From Dehalococcoidales bacterium (GTDB lineage Bacteria > Chloroflexota > Dehalococcoidia > Dehalococcoidales > RBG-16-60-22), in assembly GCA_034434915.1 (NCBI GenBank), contig DAOTYE010000004.1, positions 10,206 through 74,205 of the forward strand: a DNA stretch of 64,000 bases, given 5' to 3'. The notes under the pieces were generated by a model that was not told the DNA's origin, did no database searches, and saw nothing but the letters and a program-made list of their open reading frames with translations. Both the position numbers and the translations under genes were made by a program. Below are positions 63,033 through 64,000 of this stretch, one piece after another; positions within the stretch are counted from its first letter, which is position 1, and the number at the start of each line of letters is the position of its first letter.

Positions 63033-64000
63033 CTAGACGATTTTGAATTCGTTTACGTCAACCAGCCCCAAATCGGTCAGTTTGAGCTCGGGGATGACTG
63101 GAAGCGCCATGAAGGAGAGCGTAGCGAAGGGTGCAGGAAGGGTTGAGCCAAGCTCATGCGCCACCTTTTCCAGCGTCTCCACCTTGCCCGCCACGGTCTC
63201 CAGCGGCGCATCGGAAAGGAGCCCGGCAATGGGCAATGCCAGAGATGCCAGCACTTTCCTCCCTGACACCGCTGCCAAACCACCCTGCATCTTTTCAATC
63301 TCTTTGACTGCAGTGAAGATATCTTCATCGCTTACACCGACCACGACGATATTATGAGAGTCATGAGCGATTGATGAGGCAAGCGCTCCGCGCTTCAGAC
63401 CGAAGCCTTTTATCAGCCCCAGCCCGATTTTGCCCGTCGCCCGGTGCCGCTCTACCACCGCAATCTTCAGAATGTCCCTGCTGACATCTGAGATGATAGC
63501 GCCATCAGCAGTAGAGACTTTTTCTGTCCTTTTGCGCGTCACAATCTGTCCGGGGATAACTTCAATCACCAGACCCACCTCGCCACGCGCTTTGAGCCTG
63601 AGCTTTTCCACAGTGAAAGGCTTTATCCTGACCGTGCTGGCTACCCCGCACCGGTCAATCTCCGGCAAATTGAAGAGGGGTTCCCCATCTTTAGCTACCA
63701 GCCGACCGCGATAGAAAACCATGTGCGCCCTCAGGCTGGACAAATCATCGCACACAATGAGGTTGGCGAAGTAGCCCGGGGCTACCGCCCCCAGCCTCTC
63801 CAGACGGAAGTATTCAGCGGGATTGATGGTGGCAAGCTGTATTGCCCGCACCGGGTCAAGCCCGCGCTTGATTGCCTTGCGCACCACGGCGTCAATATCG
63901 CCATCTCTCAGCAGGTCAGCACAACTGCGGTCGTCAACCACGAACAGACAGCGTTTATAGGTCTTGTCAGTTACCAGCGGCAGGAGCGCATCCAGGTTTT
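63033..64000 (-). CDS. ade: Adenine deaminase, C-terminal part (gene continues beyond the window)
   Basis: ERHRATGKIGLGLIKGFGLKRGALASSIAHDSHNIVVVG is typical of Ade. The frame is open to the window end. Confidence 0.8.
   Translation of the reverse strand, partial: NLDALLPLVTDKTYKRCLFVVDDRSCADLLRDGDIDAVVRKAIKRGLDPVRAIQLATINPAEYFRLERLGAVAPGYFANLIVCDDLSSLRAHMVFYRGRLVAKDGEPLFNLPEIDRCGVASTVRIKPFTVEKLRLKARGEVGLVIEVIPGQIVTRKRTEKVSTADGAIISDVSRDILKIAVVERHRATGKIGLGLIKGFGLKRGALASSIAHDSHNIVVVGVSDEDIFTAVKEIEKMQGGLAAVSGRKVLASLALPIAGLLSDAPLETVAGKVETLEKVAHELGSTLPAPFATLSFMALPVIPELKLTDLGLVDVNEFKIV

Noticed and set aside
1-64000. CRISPR arrays, rRNA or tRNA genes, transposases and reverse transcriptases.
   Set aside because: No regularly spaced direct repeats were seen. 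No cloverleaf-compatible sequence was found in any intergenic region over 100 nt that I inspected (4051-4325, 5517-5852, 15967-16338, 24000-24196, 32983-33410, 34095-34237, 39615-39861, 48689-48920, 54744-54961, 62119-62305). No ORF has transposase or RT motifs. Detection was by eye only, so small RNAs could be missed.

Overview
This is a 64 kb, gene-dense window of about 57% GC, with roughly 75 protein genes. I found no rRNA, tRNA or CRISPR array by eye. Gene content and synteny suggest an anaerobic Chloroflexota-like bacterium. The clues are recA-recX-rny-ymdB, yceD-rpmF-fabD-fabG, archaeal-type thiolase/DUF35, DUF763, a NEW3/ABC module, a DRG-like GTPase and 4-helix-bundle 'IVS protein' remnants. 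The taxon is only a low-confidence inference.

Most of the window is housekeeping:
- Sulfur amino-acid genes under an Rrf2 regulator.
- A glycolate-to-glyoxylate-to-glycine module with a fused GlcD-GlcE.
- NDP-sugar genes.
- A Fur-FTR1-FeoAB iron operon with a clear promoter and palindromic operator.
- An acyl-CoA dehydrogenase/EtfBA/thiolase cluster.
- DNA repair genes (uvrC, xerC/D-like, recA, recX).

The most unusual locus is 14.7-19.4 kb. It holds a NurA nuclease, then a degenerate inverted-repeat-flanked 4-helix-bundle ('23S IVS protein'-like) cassette. Downstream come a stand-alone HAS-barrel-like protein, a HerA ATPase and a patatin-like phospholipase, all three translationally coupled. 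This is an atypical HerA module and may be an uncharacterised nuclease-plus-lipase HerA system.

Other points worth a second look:
- Two dispersed short repeat families.
- A promoter, G-rich leader and intrinsic terminator placed immediately before the RBS of a Trp-rich secreted protein, which is a candidate riboregulator.
- An EF-G paralog lacking the switch-II catalytic His.
- Several gene remnants.

All functional calls come from motif recognition by eye. No database searches were run.
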